Shown here in pieces: positions 1 through 8,540 of a DNA stretch of 64,000 nt; the first letter of the stretch is position 1; each line of letters begins with the position of its first letter. The stretch covers positions 492 through 64,491 of the forward strand of contig JBBKXQ010000161.1 of NCBI GenBank assembly GCA_037969565.1, written 5' to 3'. The DNA is from Acidimicrobiales bacterium (GTDB lineage: Bacteria; Actinomycetota; Acidimicrobiia; Acidimicrobiales; SZUA-35). A model generated the notes under the pieces. It did no database searches. It was not told where the DNA came from and saw only the letters and a list, made by a program, of their open reading frames with translations. A program made the translations under genes and the position numbers.

Positions 1-228
1 GATCACCGACTCGAGGGCAGATAGCCCGGCGCCTCCATATTCCTGCGGCCAGGTGGCGGCAAGCAGATGGTTGGAGGCGAGAATCGCCCGCCATTGGTTG
101 GTGAAGGTGTGGGCGGCTTCGCTGTCGAGAGCTCCGATGCCCTTCCAATCGGCAGGAAGATGCTCGGCCAGAAAGGCCTGGATCTTCTCTCGGAAGGTGT
201 CGGCTTCGGCGCTGTACGTCGGCTGCAT
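1..228 (-). CDS. acyl-CoA dehydrogenase, N-terminal part (runs off window)
   Basis: Minus-strand frame is open to the window edge, with ATG at 228-226. Translation MQPTYSAEADTFREKIQAFLAEHLPADWKG...ATWPQEYGGAGLSALESVI resembles FadE-type N-termini. It is missing from the ORF track because there is no stop in the window. Confidence 0.55.
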   Translation of the reverse strand, partial: MQPTYSAEADTFREKIQAFLAEHLPADWKGIGALDSEAAHTFTNQWRAILASNHLLAATWPQEYGGAGLSALESVI

Positions 229-320
229 CCGCAAAGACTAGACCGGCCGGTCAAGAGCGCCAAAAGGCCACGCAGAACGAAAGGCCACCGCGAAGGAGCA
301 TCGGCGGCGCAGCAGCAGAC

Positions 321-824
321 TCAGGCCGCAGCGGCCGCCGGCAGGTAGGCATGCCACGAGTCAGGAACCTCGCCCGCTGCGGCTCGGATCCACACGGTTT
401 CCTCAGGTGCGGTCGGTGGTCGACGTAATCGGAGGGAGCACTCCGACAGCAGCCGGTCGCTCTTCTGTGTGTTGCAACGCCGGCAGCAGGCGACCACGTT
501 TTCCCACTCGTGGGCTCCGCCTCGAGACCGGGGCACGACATGGTCGATGCTCTCGGCTGTTTTGTTGCAGTACTGACAGTGTCCACCGTCGCGGGCGTAG
601 ATGGCGCGGCGACTGAGCGGTGCCGTCCGCCGGTACGGCACCTTGACGAAGTATCGAAGCCGAACAACTGACGGGATGGGTACCCGCATTCGTTCACTCG
701 AAAGTTCCTCGCCGGTGTCGGCAAGGACATCGACTTTCTGCGCAAGCGCGAGCACAACGGCTCGCCGCCACGACACGACACCGATCGGTTCGTAGGTGGC
801 GTTCAACACGAGCACCCTGGACAT
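321..824 (-). CDS. HNH endonuclease family protein
   Basis: Carries CQYC...DHVVPRSRGGAHEWENVVACCRRCNTQK, an HNH/Cys4 motif. Start moved to the internal ATG (MSRVLVLNATYEP) inside tracked ORF 321..890. Confidence 0.75.
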   Translation of the reverse strand: MSRVLVLNATYEPIGVVSWRRAVVLALAQKVDVLADTGEELSSERMRVPIPSVVRLRYFVKVPYRRTAPLSRRAIYARDGGHCQYCNKTAESIDHVVPRSRGGAHEWENVVACCRRCNTQKSDRLLSECSLRLRRPPTAPEETVWIRAAAGEVPDSWHAYLPAAAAA

Positions 825-905
825 AGCGGCAAACCGTAGTACCAGCGGGGTGCGGTGTCTGCCTGTTTGTCCTCGGTGATCCGAGCCCAAACCCGAACCG
901 GTAGA

Positions 906-1067
906 TCAGGGTGTCACGGGTTCACCGAATTCTTGGCAGTCGGCGTTCTCACACGCATACACCGGCTGTCCGTCTTCGGAACGTTGATCGGAGATGAGCG
1001 CCGTCACCCCGCACGCTCCACAGATCGGTACCTCGTCGACTTCGTCAGACTCATCCCAGAAGCTCAT
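906..1067 (-). CDS. small zinc-ribbon-like protein (53 aa), untracked
   Basis: ATG at 1067 lies 6 nt after the stop of the upstream ligase-like gene; TGA at 908-906. Translation is MSFWDESDEVDEVPICGACGVTALISDQRSEDGQPVYACENADCQEFGEPVTP, with a CxxC pair and a second CxxxxC pair. It falls below the track length cutoff. Confidence 0.45.
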   Translation of the reverse strand: MSFWDESDEVDEVPICGACGVTALISDQRSEDGQPVYACENADCQEFGEPVTP

Positions 1068-1072
1068 CCCGG

Positions 1073-1759
1073 TCAGGATGCCGGTGGGAGCTCGGCGATC
1101 ACCGCCTCGACTACTTGGTCGAGGTTGACGGGAACGCCGACCGCGAGATCCTCGAGTTGGTCATCGAGCGAGAGCGGCAGCACGCCAGGAGCAACGAATC
1201 GGCGGATGGGGGCCGGGTCCCAGTCGGTCACGACAAGCCCCTGGAACCTGGCGCCGTCCCGCGTCCGTCGCTGCGACAGGCCGACGACTTTCCGGCCGGC
1301 AACGGACACTTCACCCGTTCCGAGCCCGGCAAAACACACTGCCCGTCCCCATTCACGGTGCAACAACGGCCCACGGTGGACCTCGACCCCCTCGAGTCCG
1401 ATTCGGCCGAGCGCCCGCTGCCAGGTGGCACCGACCCAGTCGAAGGCCCGCCCCACATCGTCGACCCACAATGAACTGTCGGTGGGGATGAGAAAGTCGA
1501 TCCAACGGCTGGTGTCGGGATCGACGACGACCAGACCGCCGCCGCTCCGGCGCCGGCACACCTCATAGCCCGCAGCCTCTGCCTCGTCCCGCCGTATCAC
1601 CGAGTCGGGTTGAGCCGAACCGAGAACGATGGCCGACCGTTCCACTCGATGAATCCACACCGTGGGGCGAAGTGGGGGGGAGGGGAGCGGAGCGTGATGA
1701 AACGGCCCGGCGGGCCCTTCGGAAGCCTCGATCACCCACTCGTTTGAGGGGGAGAACAC
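1073..1759 (-). CDS. biotin/lipoate A/B protein ligase family protein
   Basis: Motifs RRRSGGGLVVVD and GRKVVGLSQRR match the LplA/LipB catalytic-domain signatures (RxSGGGAV, GxKxxG). GTG start has AGGA about 7 nt upstream. Confidence 0.6.
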   Translation of the reverse strand: MFSPSNEWVIEASEGPAGPFHHAPLPSPPLRPTVWIHRVERSAIVLGSAQPDSVIRRDEAEAAGYEVCRRRSGGGLVVVDPDTSRWIDFLIPTDSSLWVDDVGRAFDWVGATWQRALGRIGLEGVEVHRGPLLHREWGRAVCFAGLGTGEVSVAGRKVVGLSQRRTRDGARFQGLVVTDWDPAPIRRFVAPGVLPLSLDDQLEDLAVGVPVNLDQVVEAVIAELPPAS

Positions 1760-1926
1760 CGTGTGATCCTACGGGGCAGGGGAAATCTCCACGGTCTCGG
1801 GATGTGGTCAGCCGACCTCGGCGTCGGCGGAATCCCAGGTCAGCGCGTTGTCACGGGATGGCGGTCGAACAGGCGTTCTCACGCGCGGTGGCGCGCGCCT
1901 CACTGAATGTGTCGCAAAAGGGTTGC

Positions 1927-1969
1927 GTGGTGGGGCAAAGTGTCATAATGTGGGTGGCAGAGGGGGATC
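1927..1969 (+). promoter_or_regulatory. candidate dcw promoter region with phased MraZ-box-like repeats
   Basis: GTGGGG (1930), GTGTCA (1940), GTGGGT (1950) and GAGGGG (1960) recur at exact 10-bp spacing. A CATAAT -10-like hexamer sits at 1944-1949, about 80 bp upstream of the mraZ start. Confidence 0.4.
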
Positions 1970-2031
1970 TGCCCAACCAGGGCGAGGAACCTTTCCGGCC
2001 CAAAGCGGGCCACATATCAGAGGTATTTGTT

Positions 2032-2454
2032 GTGTTTGTTGGACAACACGAACATTCGCTCGACGGAAAAGGTCGAGTTGTGTTGCCGGCATCGTTTCGG
2101 GAGTTCGTTGCCGAACGAGGGTACGTCACCCAGCTCGACGGATGCATCGGCATGTGGAGCGCCGACGGGTTTCAAGCAGTTTCGGGCAAGTGGAAACAAG
2201 AACTCGACAACGGAGTGATCAGTAGCAGCGTGTTTCGGAGGCTCATCCGGGGAGTGCAAGACGTCAAGCTGGATGCAGCCGGGCGGATCACACTTCCCAA
2301 AGAACTTCTCGAGAAGCTGGGATTCAAATCCAAAGTCGTTGTGACGGGCCGCTTGGACCGGGCCGAAATCTGGCCCATGGAAGTATTCGAAGCAGAACAA
2401 ACCGACGCCGACGAAGCGGAATTCAATGCAACGGTCCGGCGGCTCGGGCTCTAG
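2032..2454 (+). CDS. mraZ: transcriptional regulator MraZ
   Basis: GTG start gives MFVGQHEHSLDGKGRVVLPASFREF, and a second repeat contains DAAGRITLPKEL, the duplicated SpoVT/AbrB-like DxxGR motif. Tracked ORF 1672..2454 is trimmed to the family-typical N-terminus. It is the first gene of the dcw cluster. Confidence 0.85.
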   Translation: MFVGQHEHSLDGKGRVVLPASFREFVAERGYVTQLDGCIGMWSADGFQAVSGKWKQELDNGVISSSVFRRLIRGVQDVKLDAAGRITLPKELLEKLGFKSKVVVTGRLDRAEIWPMEVFEAEQTDADEAEFNATVRRLGL

Positions 2455-2688
2455 ACACCGGCTTCGGCCGAAACACCTCAAACGCTCGAAAGAATTGTTC
2501 GAAAGGAGAATGGCGAAAAACAACGACTCGTTCATCGGTTGCCTTCCGGGCCGTGGAGAAGGGTACTTCTGCCCCACAACTCCGCCCGTTACCCCTCTAG
2601 TACGTTCGGGAGACAAAACCTGGCGTGCGCCCATTTCCCGGGGGGCTACCGATGGCCGGTTCGAGATTGATTCTCGCCTGCTTGCGAC

Positions 2689-3693
2689 ATGAATGGTTCT
2701 GCGCGTTCCGATTCGGACGACTCTGATCTGAACGCCGAGGCCACTCCCGAGCAGGGTTTGGACGATCGAACGTTCCAGCACACCCCCGTCATGCGGGACG
2801 AGATCGTGGCCGATTTCGAAACCGTCCCGCCCGGCTTCGTACTCGACGCCACCATCGGCGGCGCGGGCCACGCCCACGCCGTACTCGTCGCCTGGCCTCG
2901 CCTCTCTGTCGTGGGGATCGATCGTGACCCGGCCGCATTGGAGGCCGCGGGGCAACGACTCGCCGAATTCGGCGACCGATCCCGTCTGGCTCGATCCCGT
3001 TTCGATCAACTCGGTGCCGTTCTCGACGACCTCGAGATCTCCGAGCTGTCCGGCTTCCTCTTCGACCTCGGTGTCAGCTCACCCCAGCTCGATTGGTCGG
3101 ATCGTGGATTCAGTTTCCGCAACGATGGTCCGCTCGACATGCGGATGGACACCGACGGCCCCCGCACCGCAGCCGACTTCGTCAACGAAGCACCACAGTC
3201 GGAGATCTCGAAGGTGTTGCGCACCAATGCCGACGAGCGGTTCGCCACCCGCATCGCCGCCGCCATCGTGGCCAACCGCCCCATCCACTCCACGGCCACG
3301 CTCGCCGAGGTGGTCGTGAACGCGATCCCCGCACCGGCCCGCCGCAAAGGTGGACATCCGGCGAAGCGCACCTTCCAGGCCTTGCGGATCGAGATCAACG
3401 ATGAACTCTCGATTCTCGCTCCCGCCCTCGATGAGGCCCTCGATCGACTGATGCCAGGGGGCCGCGGCCTCGTGTTGACCTATCACTCCGGTGAGGATCG
3501 GATCGTCAAGCAAGTGTTCCGTGAACGTACAGCCCAGCCCGTTCCTCCTGGCCTGCCGGTCGATCCCGAGCCGGCTGATTTCGTTTCGCTCCGGCCCCTG
3601 TCGCGACGACCCTCCCCAGCCGAACTCGACCACAACCCACGTTCGGCGAGTGCTCGGCTGCGCGGCATCGAACGACGAGCGGAGGCAGCATGA
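2689..3693 (+). CDS. rsmH: 16S rRNA (cytosine1402-N4)-methyltransferase RsmH
   Basis: Carries HTPVMRDEIV, DATIGGAGHA and FDLGVSSPQLD motifs and holds the dcw position. The start is uncertain: ATG 2689, or in-frame TTG 2758 closer to the conserved HxPV. Confidence 0.85.
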   Translation: MNGSARSDSDDSDLNAEATPEQGLDDRTFQHTPVMRDEIVADFETVPPGFVLDATIGGAGHAHAVLVAWPRLSVVGIDRDPAALEAAGQRLAEFGDRSRLARSRFDQLGAVLDDLEISELSGFLFDLGVSSPQLDWSDRGFSFRNDGPLDMRMDTDGPRTAADFVNEAPQSEISKVLRTNADERFATRIAAAIVANRPIHSTATLAEVVVNAIPAPARRKGGHPAKRTFQALRIEINDELSILAPALDEALDRLMPGGRGLVLTYHSGEDRIVKQVFRERTAQPVPPGLPVDPEPADFVSLRPLSRRPSPAELDHNPRSASARLRGIERRAEAA

Positions 3694-4085
3694 CCTCGGT
3701 TGCAACGCGGACCCGCCCAGCGGCCAAGAAGGCCCCGGCGAAGAAGCAGTCGCCAGATCTACGAGTCGTCGACCGAGCCAAGCTCCGTCGGTCCCAACGG
3801 CGTCGAGCACTGGTATCCCTTTCGATCATCGGTCTCGTGATCACGCTGTTTGCCGTGGCGCTGCTCTACGCCCAGTTGGTCGAAGGCCAGCAACGAATCG
3901 ATGGACTCCGGGCCGACATTGCTGCGGCCGAAGCACAACGGGCAACGCTGGAACGAGACATCGCCATCATCTCGACCCCTGATGCCATCGTCAGCCGGGC
4001 AACCGAAATGGGAATGGTGAGGGCCGCTGATCCCCAGTACCTCGTGGCTATTCGTTCCATCGACGAGGGAACTGCCGGTTCATGA
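3690..4085 (+). CDS. ftsL: FtsL-like cell division protein (bitopic, coiled coil)
   Basis: 131 aa with a basic N-tail, one TM helix (LVSLSIIGLVITLFAVALLYA) and a heptad-like stretch. Sits between rsmH and ftsI, with ATGA overlaps on both sides. Confidence 0.6.
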   Translation: MTSVATRTRPAAKKAPAKKQSPDLRVVDRAKLRRSQRRRALVSLSIIGLVITLFAVALLYAQLVEGQQRIDGLRADIAAAEAQRATLERDIAIISTPDAIVSRATEMGMVRAADPQYLVAIRSIDEGTAGS

Positions 4086-6031
4086 CGAGAAGTCGACCCG
4101 CCAACAGGCGCCCCAGCGGATCGACGCGGGCCCGCACCACACCCGAGCCCGACACGCGGCGCCGAATTCTCGGCCTCCTGATCGTCTTCCTCGTGATCGG
4201 CGCCACGATGGTGGGTGTTCTGGTCGACCTCCAGACCGTCCGACCCGATCGATATCGTGCCCTCGGAGAAGATCAGCGAACCCGGACCCGGGAGTTGGCC
4301 GGCTATCGAGGTTCCCTCGTCGACCGCAACGGCTTCGTTCTGGCCGCCTCGACCACGGGCCGCGAACTCATCGTCGATCCAACGATGATCATCGATCCTT
4401 CTGCTGCGTCGGCCGTACTCGCACCGGCCATCGGTCTCGACGAGTCGGAGCTGACGAAACGGCTGACCCCCGACCAGCCCAACGATCGCTTCGAGCTCCT
4501 GACCAGGACATCGGACGACAAGCAGATCGCCATGTTGAGCGAGCTCCTCACCGCCGACAAGTCGGCGGACACGCAGGTTCTACGGGGCGTGTTCCTGCAG
4601 TCGGAGGAAGAACGGGTCTATCCCGCCGGCACGCTCGCCCGACCGGTCGTCGGCCAAGTCGACGATTACGAGCAGGGGTTCACCGGCCTCGAGGCCCAGT
4701 TCAACGATGTGATGACCGGCACCGCCGGTTGGGAAACCAGCGAACGCGGCATCTTCGGCAGCATCGCCGGTGGATTCTGGGAGGTCGAACCAGCGGAGAA
4801 GGGTTATGACCTCGTCCTCACGATCGACCACCGCATCCAGTTCATCACGGAGCAGGCGCTCATCGAACACTGTGAAGAACTGAGCGCGAAATCGGCTCAG
4901 GCCGTCATCAGTGATCCGCTCACGGGTGAGATTCTGGCGATGGCAAACGTGATTCGTCAGGAAGACGGGACCTGCGTGGTCCCTCGCTACAACGCCCCGC
5001 TCATCGAATCGTTCGAACCCGGGTCGGTGCTCAAGATCCTCGCCGCCGCCGCCGCCGTCGAAGAACTCGGTTACGACCGGAACACGCTGGTCGAGGTTCC
5101 GGCCTCCGTCAAAGTCGGCGACACGACCTTCCTGCAAGACCCGGGATTCGTTCCCGCCCCGTATCCGCTGTCCGAAGTGATCGCACAGTCGTTGAACGTC
5201 GGCACGATCACCGTGGCCCAACGCCTCGGCAACGACACGCTCTACGACTACTACCGGAGGTTCGGATTCGCTCAGTACAGCGGACTGGATTGGGAGGGTG
5301 AATCGAAAGGCAAGGTTCGTCCGGTCAGCGAATGGCAAGGAGCCGATCCCGGGTCGATGGCCATCGGCCAGGGTGTTACTGCGAATACTGTGCAGATCAT
5401 GTCGGCGTACAACACGCTCGCGAATGACGGAATGTACGTCGCCCCGCGCCTCGTGAAGGCGGTCGTCGGCGCCGACGGAGTCGAGTACGACCTGGCAGGG
5501 CAGGAGGCTCGTCGAGTGGTCTCGGCGAACACCGCCGACGAGGTCACGAGCATGCTCGTCGACGTCGTCGACCACGGCACGGGAACCGCCGCCGCAGTCA
5601 AGGGCTACACCGTCGCCGGCAAAACCGGAACCGCATGGAAGGTCTTCCAAGGAGAAGACGGCAAATTCTCGTACGGGAGCCCTGGCAACCGTCGCTACGT
5701 CCTGAGCTTCGCCGGGTACCTGCCCGCCGATGATCCCCGAGTTTCGATCGTCGTCACGGTTGACGAGCCCGATGTCGGCGGGTTCGCAGGTCGAGTCGCA
5801 GCTCCCGTCTTCGCCGACATCGCCCAGTACGCCGTTCGCATCCTCGACGTGCCACCCGACAACGAAACCGACCTCACCGGTGGTCTCGTCCGGGGCACCC
5901 CGGCACCCACTCCGACCATTCCGCCCACCGACTTGGTCGGCGGCGGCTCCAAGGCTGAGGTGGCGGTCGAGGCTTCCGGCAGCGACTCGAAGTCCGAAGA
6001 CGACACCAGTGCCGGCGGGTCCACCGGATGA
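4082..6031 (+). CDS. ftsI: penicillin-binding protein 2/FtsI-type D,D-transpeptidase
   Basis: Has an N-terminal TM helix plus the transpeptidase motifs SVLK (SxxK), SLN (SxN) and KTGT. Confidence 0.9.
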   Translation: MTRSRPANRRPSGSTRARTTPEPDTRRRILGLLIVFLVIGATMVGVLVDLQTVRPDRYRALGEDQRTRTRELAGYRGSLVDRNGFVLAASTTGRELIVDPTMIIDPSAASAVLAPAIGLDESELTKRLTPDQPNDRFELLTRTSDDKQIAMLSELLTADKSADTQVLRGVFLQSEEERVYPAGTLARPVVGQVDDYEQGFTGLEAQFNDVMTGTAGWETSERGIFGSIAGGFWEVEPAEKGYDLVLTIDHRIQFITEQALIEHCEELSAKSAQAVISDPLTGEILAMANVIRQEDGTCVVPRYNAPLIESFEPGSVLKILAAAAAVEELGYDRNTLVEVPASVKVGDTTFLQDPGFVPAPYPLSEVIAQSLNVGTITVAQRLGNDTLYDYYRRFGFAQYSGLDWEGESKGKVRPVSEWQGADPGSMAIGQGVTANTVQIMSAYNTLANDGMYVAPRLVKAVVGADGVEYDLAGQEARRVVSANTADEVTSMLVDVVDHGTGTAAAVKGYTVAGKTGTAWKVFQGEDGKFSYGSPGNRRYVLSFAGYLPADDPRVSIVVTVDEPDVGGFAGRVAAPVFADIAQYAVRILDVPPDNETDLTGGLVRGTPAPTPTIPPTDLVGGGSKAEVAVEASGSDSKSEDDTSAGGSTG

Positions 6032-7494
6032 GCACCACCTGCGGCTCCCTGGCCGCTGCCCTCGATATCGACCTCGATGAAGCCGTCCTCCAAGGGGGCG
6101 GCTCAGTCGTTCTCCAGGCCGTCACACACGACTCTCGCGTCGTCGCGCCGGGAACGCTCTTCTGCTGCGTACCCGGGGAACATCATGACGGTCACGACTT
6201 CGCGTCGCAGGCGGTCGCGGCCGACTGTTCGGCACTGCTGGTCGAGCGCTTCCTCGACCAACCCGCCTCCGTCGCCGCCACGCCCCAGATCCGAGTGCGG
6301 TCGGTGCGAGCGGCAATGGGTCCGGCGGCCGCAATCGTTCACGAACGGCCATCCGAGCGCATCGCCGTCATCGGCGTCACCGGTACGAACGGCAAAACGT
6401 CCGTCGTCCACCTTCTGGGCATCGTGCTCAACCGGCTCGGAATCCTCACCGAAACGATCGGCACCCTCTCGGGGGCCCGAACCACCCCCGAAGGTCCCGA
6501 GCTACAGGCAATGTTGGCCGACGCCGCCAATCGCGGCGTCCGGGCCATGGCGATCGAAGTCTCGTCCCACGCGCTCGACCTCCACCGAGTTGATGGAACT
6601 CATTTCGCCGCCGCCGTCTTCACGAACCTTGGACACGATCACCTCGACTTTCATCACACCATGGAGGCCTACCAGGCGGCCAAAGCCCAGTTGTTCCGCA
6701 GGACGTTCACCGAGACCTCGATCATCAATCTCGACGATCCCGCCGGCCAGACGATCGCCAACGAAACCGACACCGACGTGATCGGCTATCGCCTGAGTGA
6801 CGCCACCGATGTCGTGCTCGATGGGCCACAGAGTCGATTCACCTGGGCCGGCCAACCCGTGGTCCTCCGCCTGGCAGGCGCCCACAACATCGCCAACGCC
6901 CTCGCCGCGGCTGCGGTCGCCCGGCACCTGGGTTTCGGCCCCGAAGAAGTCGCCGATGCCCTTTGCGCAGTCGATGCGCCGCGCGGTCGGTTCGAATTCG
7001 TGAACGTCGGCCAGGACTTCCACGTGATCGTCGACTATGCCCACAAACCCGAAGCGCTGTCGGCCGTTCTCGAGGCTGCTCGGGACGTCGCCGGCGACAA
7101 CAAAGTTCTTGTCGTGATCGGGTGCGGCGGCGATCGCGACCGAGCAAAGCGCCCCCTCATGGGCCGAGTTTCGGCTGAAGCAGCCGACCACGCCTACTTC
7201 ACCTCCGACAACCCGCGCTCCGAGAAGCCGCTGGTGATCATCGACGAGATGTTGACCGGCCTCGGCGCCGGCCCACCTGCAGGGGAGCCGGTCAGAAGCG
7301 GGGCAGCCGAAAACGTCACCGTGGAAGTGGATCGCCGGAAGGCCATCGCAGCGGCCATCGCCGCCGCCGGCCCCGGTGATGTCGTCCTGATCGCCGGCAA
7401 GGGTCACGAGGACTACCAAGTGATCAACGACGTCACGGTTCCCTTCGACGACCGCCTCGTCGCGGCCGAGCTGATCATGGGGTCGGACGCATGA
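6028..7494 (+). CDS. murE: UDP-MurNAc-L-Ala-D-Glu:meso-DAP ligase MurE
   Basis: Mur-ligase P-loop GVTGTNGKTS, and a DNPR motif (FTSDNPRSE) typical of DAP-adding MurE. Confidence 0.9.
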   Translation: MSTTCGSLAAALDIDLDEAVLQGGGSVVLQAVTHDSRVVAPGTLFCCVPGEHHDGHDFASQAVAADCSALLVERFLDQPASVAATPQIRVRSVRAAMGPAAAIVHERPSERIAVIGVTGTNGKTSVVHLLGIVLNRLGILTETIGTLSGARTTPEGPELQAMLADAANRGVRAMAIEVSSHALDLHRVDGTHFAAAVFTNLGHDHLDFHHTMEAYQAAKAQLFRRTFTETSIINLDDPAGQTIANETDTDVIGYRLSDATDVVLDGPQSRFTWAGQPVVLRLAGAHNIANALAAAAVARHLGFGPEEVADALCAVDAPRGRFEFVNVGQDFHVIVDYAHKPEALSAVLEAARDVAGDNKVLVVIGCGGDRDRAKRPLMGRVSAEAADHAYFTSDNPRSEKPLVIIDEMLTGLGAGPPAGEPVRSGAAENVTVEVDRRKAIAAAIAAAGPGDVVLIAGKGHEDYQVINDVTVPFDDRLVAAELIMGSDA

Positions 7495-8540
7495 TCCGCC
7501 TCGTCATCGCCGCCGGCCTGGCCTGCGCCTTCAGCGCACTCGGCACCAAGCTGCTGATCGACATCCTCACCCGGCAGCAGATCGGCCAACCGATCCGAGA
7601 AGACGGCCCCGAGGGCCACAAGACCAAAGCGGGCACCCCAACCATGGGTGGCTTGGCCATCGTCGCCGGCGCCTTCGCCGGTTATGTCCTCTCCGACCTC
7701 ATCGGCGGTGGCACGTTCACCCGCAGCGGACTGCTGGTGATGGCTGCCATCTGTGCCGCCGGGTTCGTCGGCTTTCTCGACGACTGGATCAAGGTCAGCC
7801 GCGAACGCAGTCTCGGTTTGAATGCACGCTTGAAAACGGCCGGGCTGCTCACGGTCGCCTTCGCCTTCGCCATCGCCACCGACGGGCTCACCAACGTCAG
7901 CACCGAACTCTCCTTCGCCCGGCCCGGCCTCCTCGGAATCGATCTGGGCCACGTCGGCTGGGTGCTCTGGGCCGTCGTGCTCGTCTACGCCACCTCGAAC
8001 GCCGTGAACCTCACCGACGGACTCGACGGGCTGGCGGCCGGCAGCGGAATCTTCTCGTTCGGCGCCTACGTCATCATCGGCTTCTGGATCTTCCGTCAGA
8101 GCGGTGACGGCTCGATCTATGCCGTATCCCACGCTCTCGATCTCGCCATCGTGGCGGTAGCCATGCTCGGAGCGCTGGCCGGTTTCCTCTGGTTCAACGC
8201 GGCCCCGGCCGAGATCTTCATGGGTGACACGGGTTCTCTGGCCATCGGCACCGGCCTCGCCGGACTGGCGCTCACCACGAATACTCACCTCCTGCTTCCG
8301 ATCATCGGTGGGGTGTACGTGGCCGAGACGCTCTCGGTCATGCTCCAGGTCGGATTCTTCAAGCTCACCAAGGGGAAACGGCTCTTCCGCATGGCTCCGA
8401 TCCACCATCACTTCGAACTGATGGGCTGGCGTGAGACGAAGGTGATCATCCGGATGTGGCTCATCGCAGGTGCACTCACCTCCGTGGCCCTCGGGCTCTT
8501 CTACGGCGACTGGGCTCAAGTCACGAGGTTGCGGCCATGA
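7491..8540 (+). CDS. mraY: phospho-N-acetylmuramoyl-pentapeptide transferase MraY
   Basis: Polytopic membrane protein with NAVNLTDGLDGLA and the C-terminal PIHHHFEL motif. Confidence 0.9.
   Translation: MIRLVIAAGLACAFSALGTKLLIDILTRQQIGQPIREDGPEGHKTKAGTPTMGGLAIVAGAFAGYVLSDLIGGGTFTRSGLLVMAAICAAGFVGFLDDWIKVSRERSLGLNARLKTAGLLTVAFAFAIATDGLTNVSTELSFARPGLLGIDLGHVGWVLWAVVLVYATSNAVNLTDGLDGLAAGSGIFSFGAYVIIGFWIFRQSGDGSIYAVSHALDLAIVAVAMLGALAGFLWFNAAPAEIFMGDTGSLAIGTGLAGLALTTNTHLLLPIIGGVYVAETLSVMLQVGFFKLTKGKRLFRMAPIHHHFELMGWRETKVIIRMWLIAGALTSVALGLFYGDWAQVTRLRP

Noticed and set aside
321-824. The HNH endonuclease as part of a restriction or defence island.
   Set aside because: It is a single small HNH protein flanked by metabolic genes, with no methylase, helicase or mobile-element genes nearby. 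It resembles the widely conserved stand-alone actinobacterial HNH protein.
2455-2688. The 235-bp mraZ-rsmH spacer (with a CGGC-UUCG-GCCG hairpin just after the mraZ stop) as a possible ncRNA or attenuator.
   Set aside because: No recognisable RNA family, no U-tract, and the rsmH start is itself uncertain. Comparable spacers occur in other actinobacterial dcw clusters, so nothing specific can be supported.
7413-8519. 368-aa minus-strand ORF antisense to mraY. Similar long antisense or off-frame ORFs include 2017..3009, 4580..5650, 6502..7419, 15376..16509, 18866..20233, 22175..23722, 35069..36478, 57579..59096 and 59356..60606.
   Set aside because: Each overlaps a strongly recognisable gene on the other strand or frame. 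Their translations are G/R/D/E/V/P-rich low-complexity sequence with no motifs. Long stop-free antisense frames are expected in high-GC DNA.
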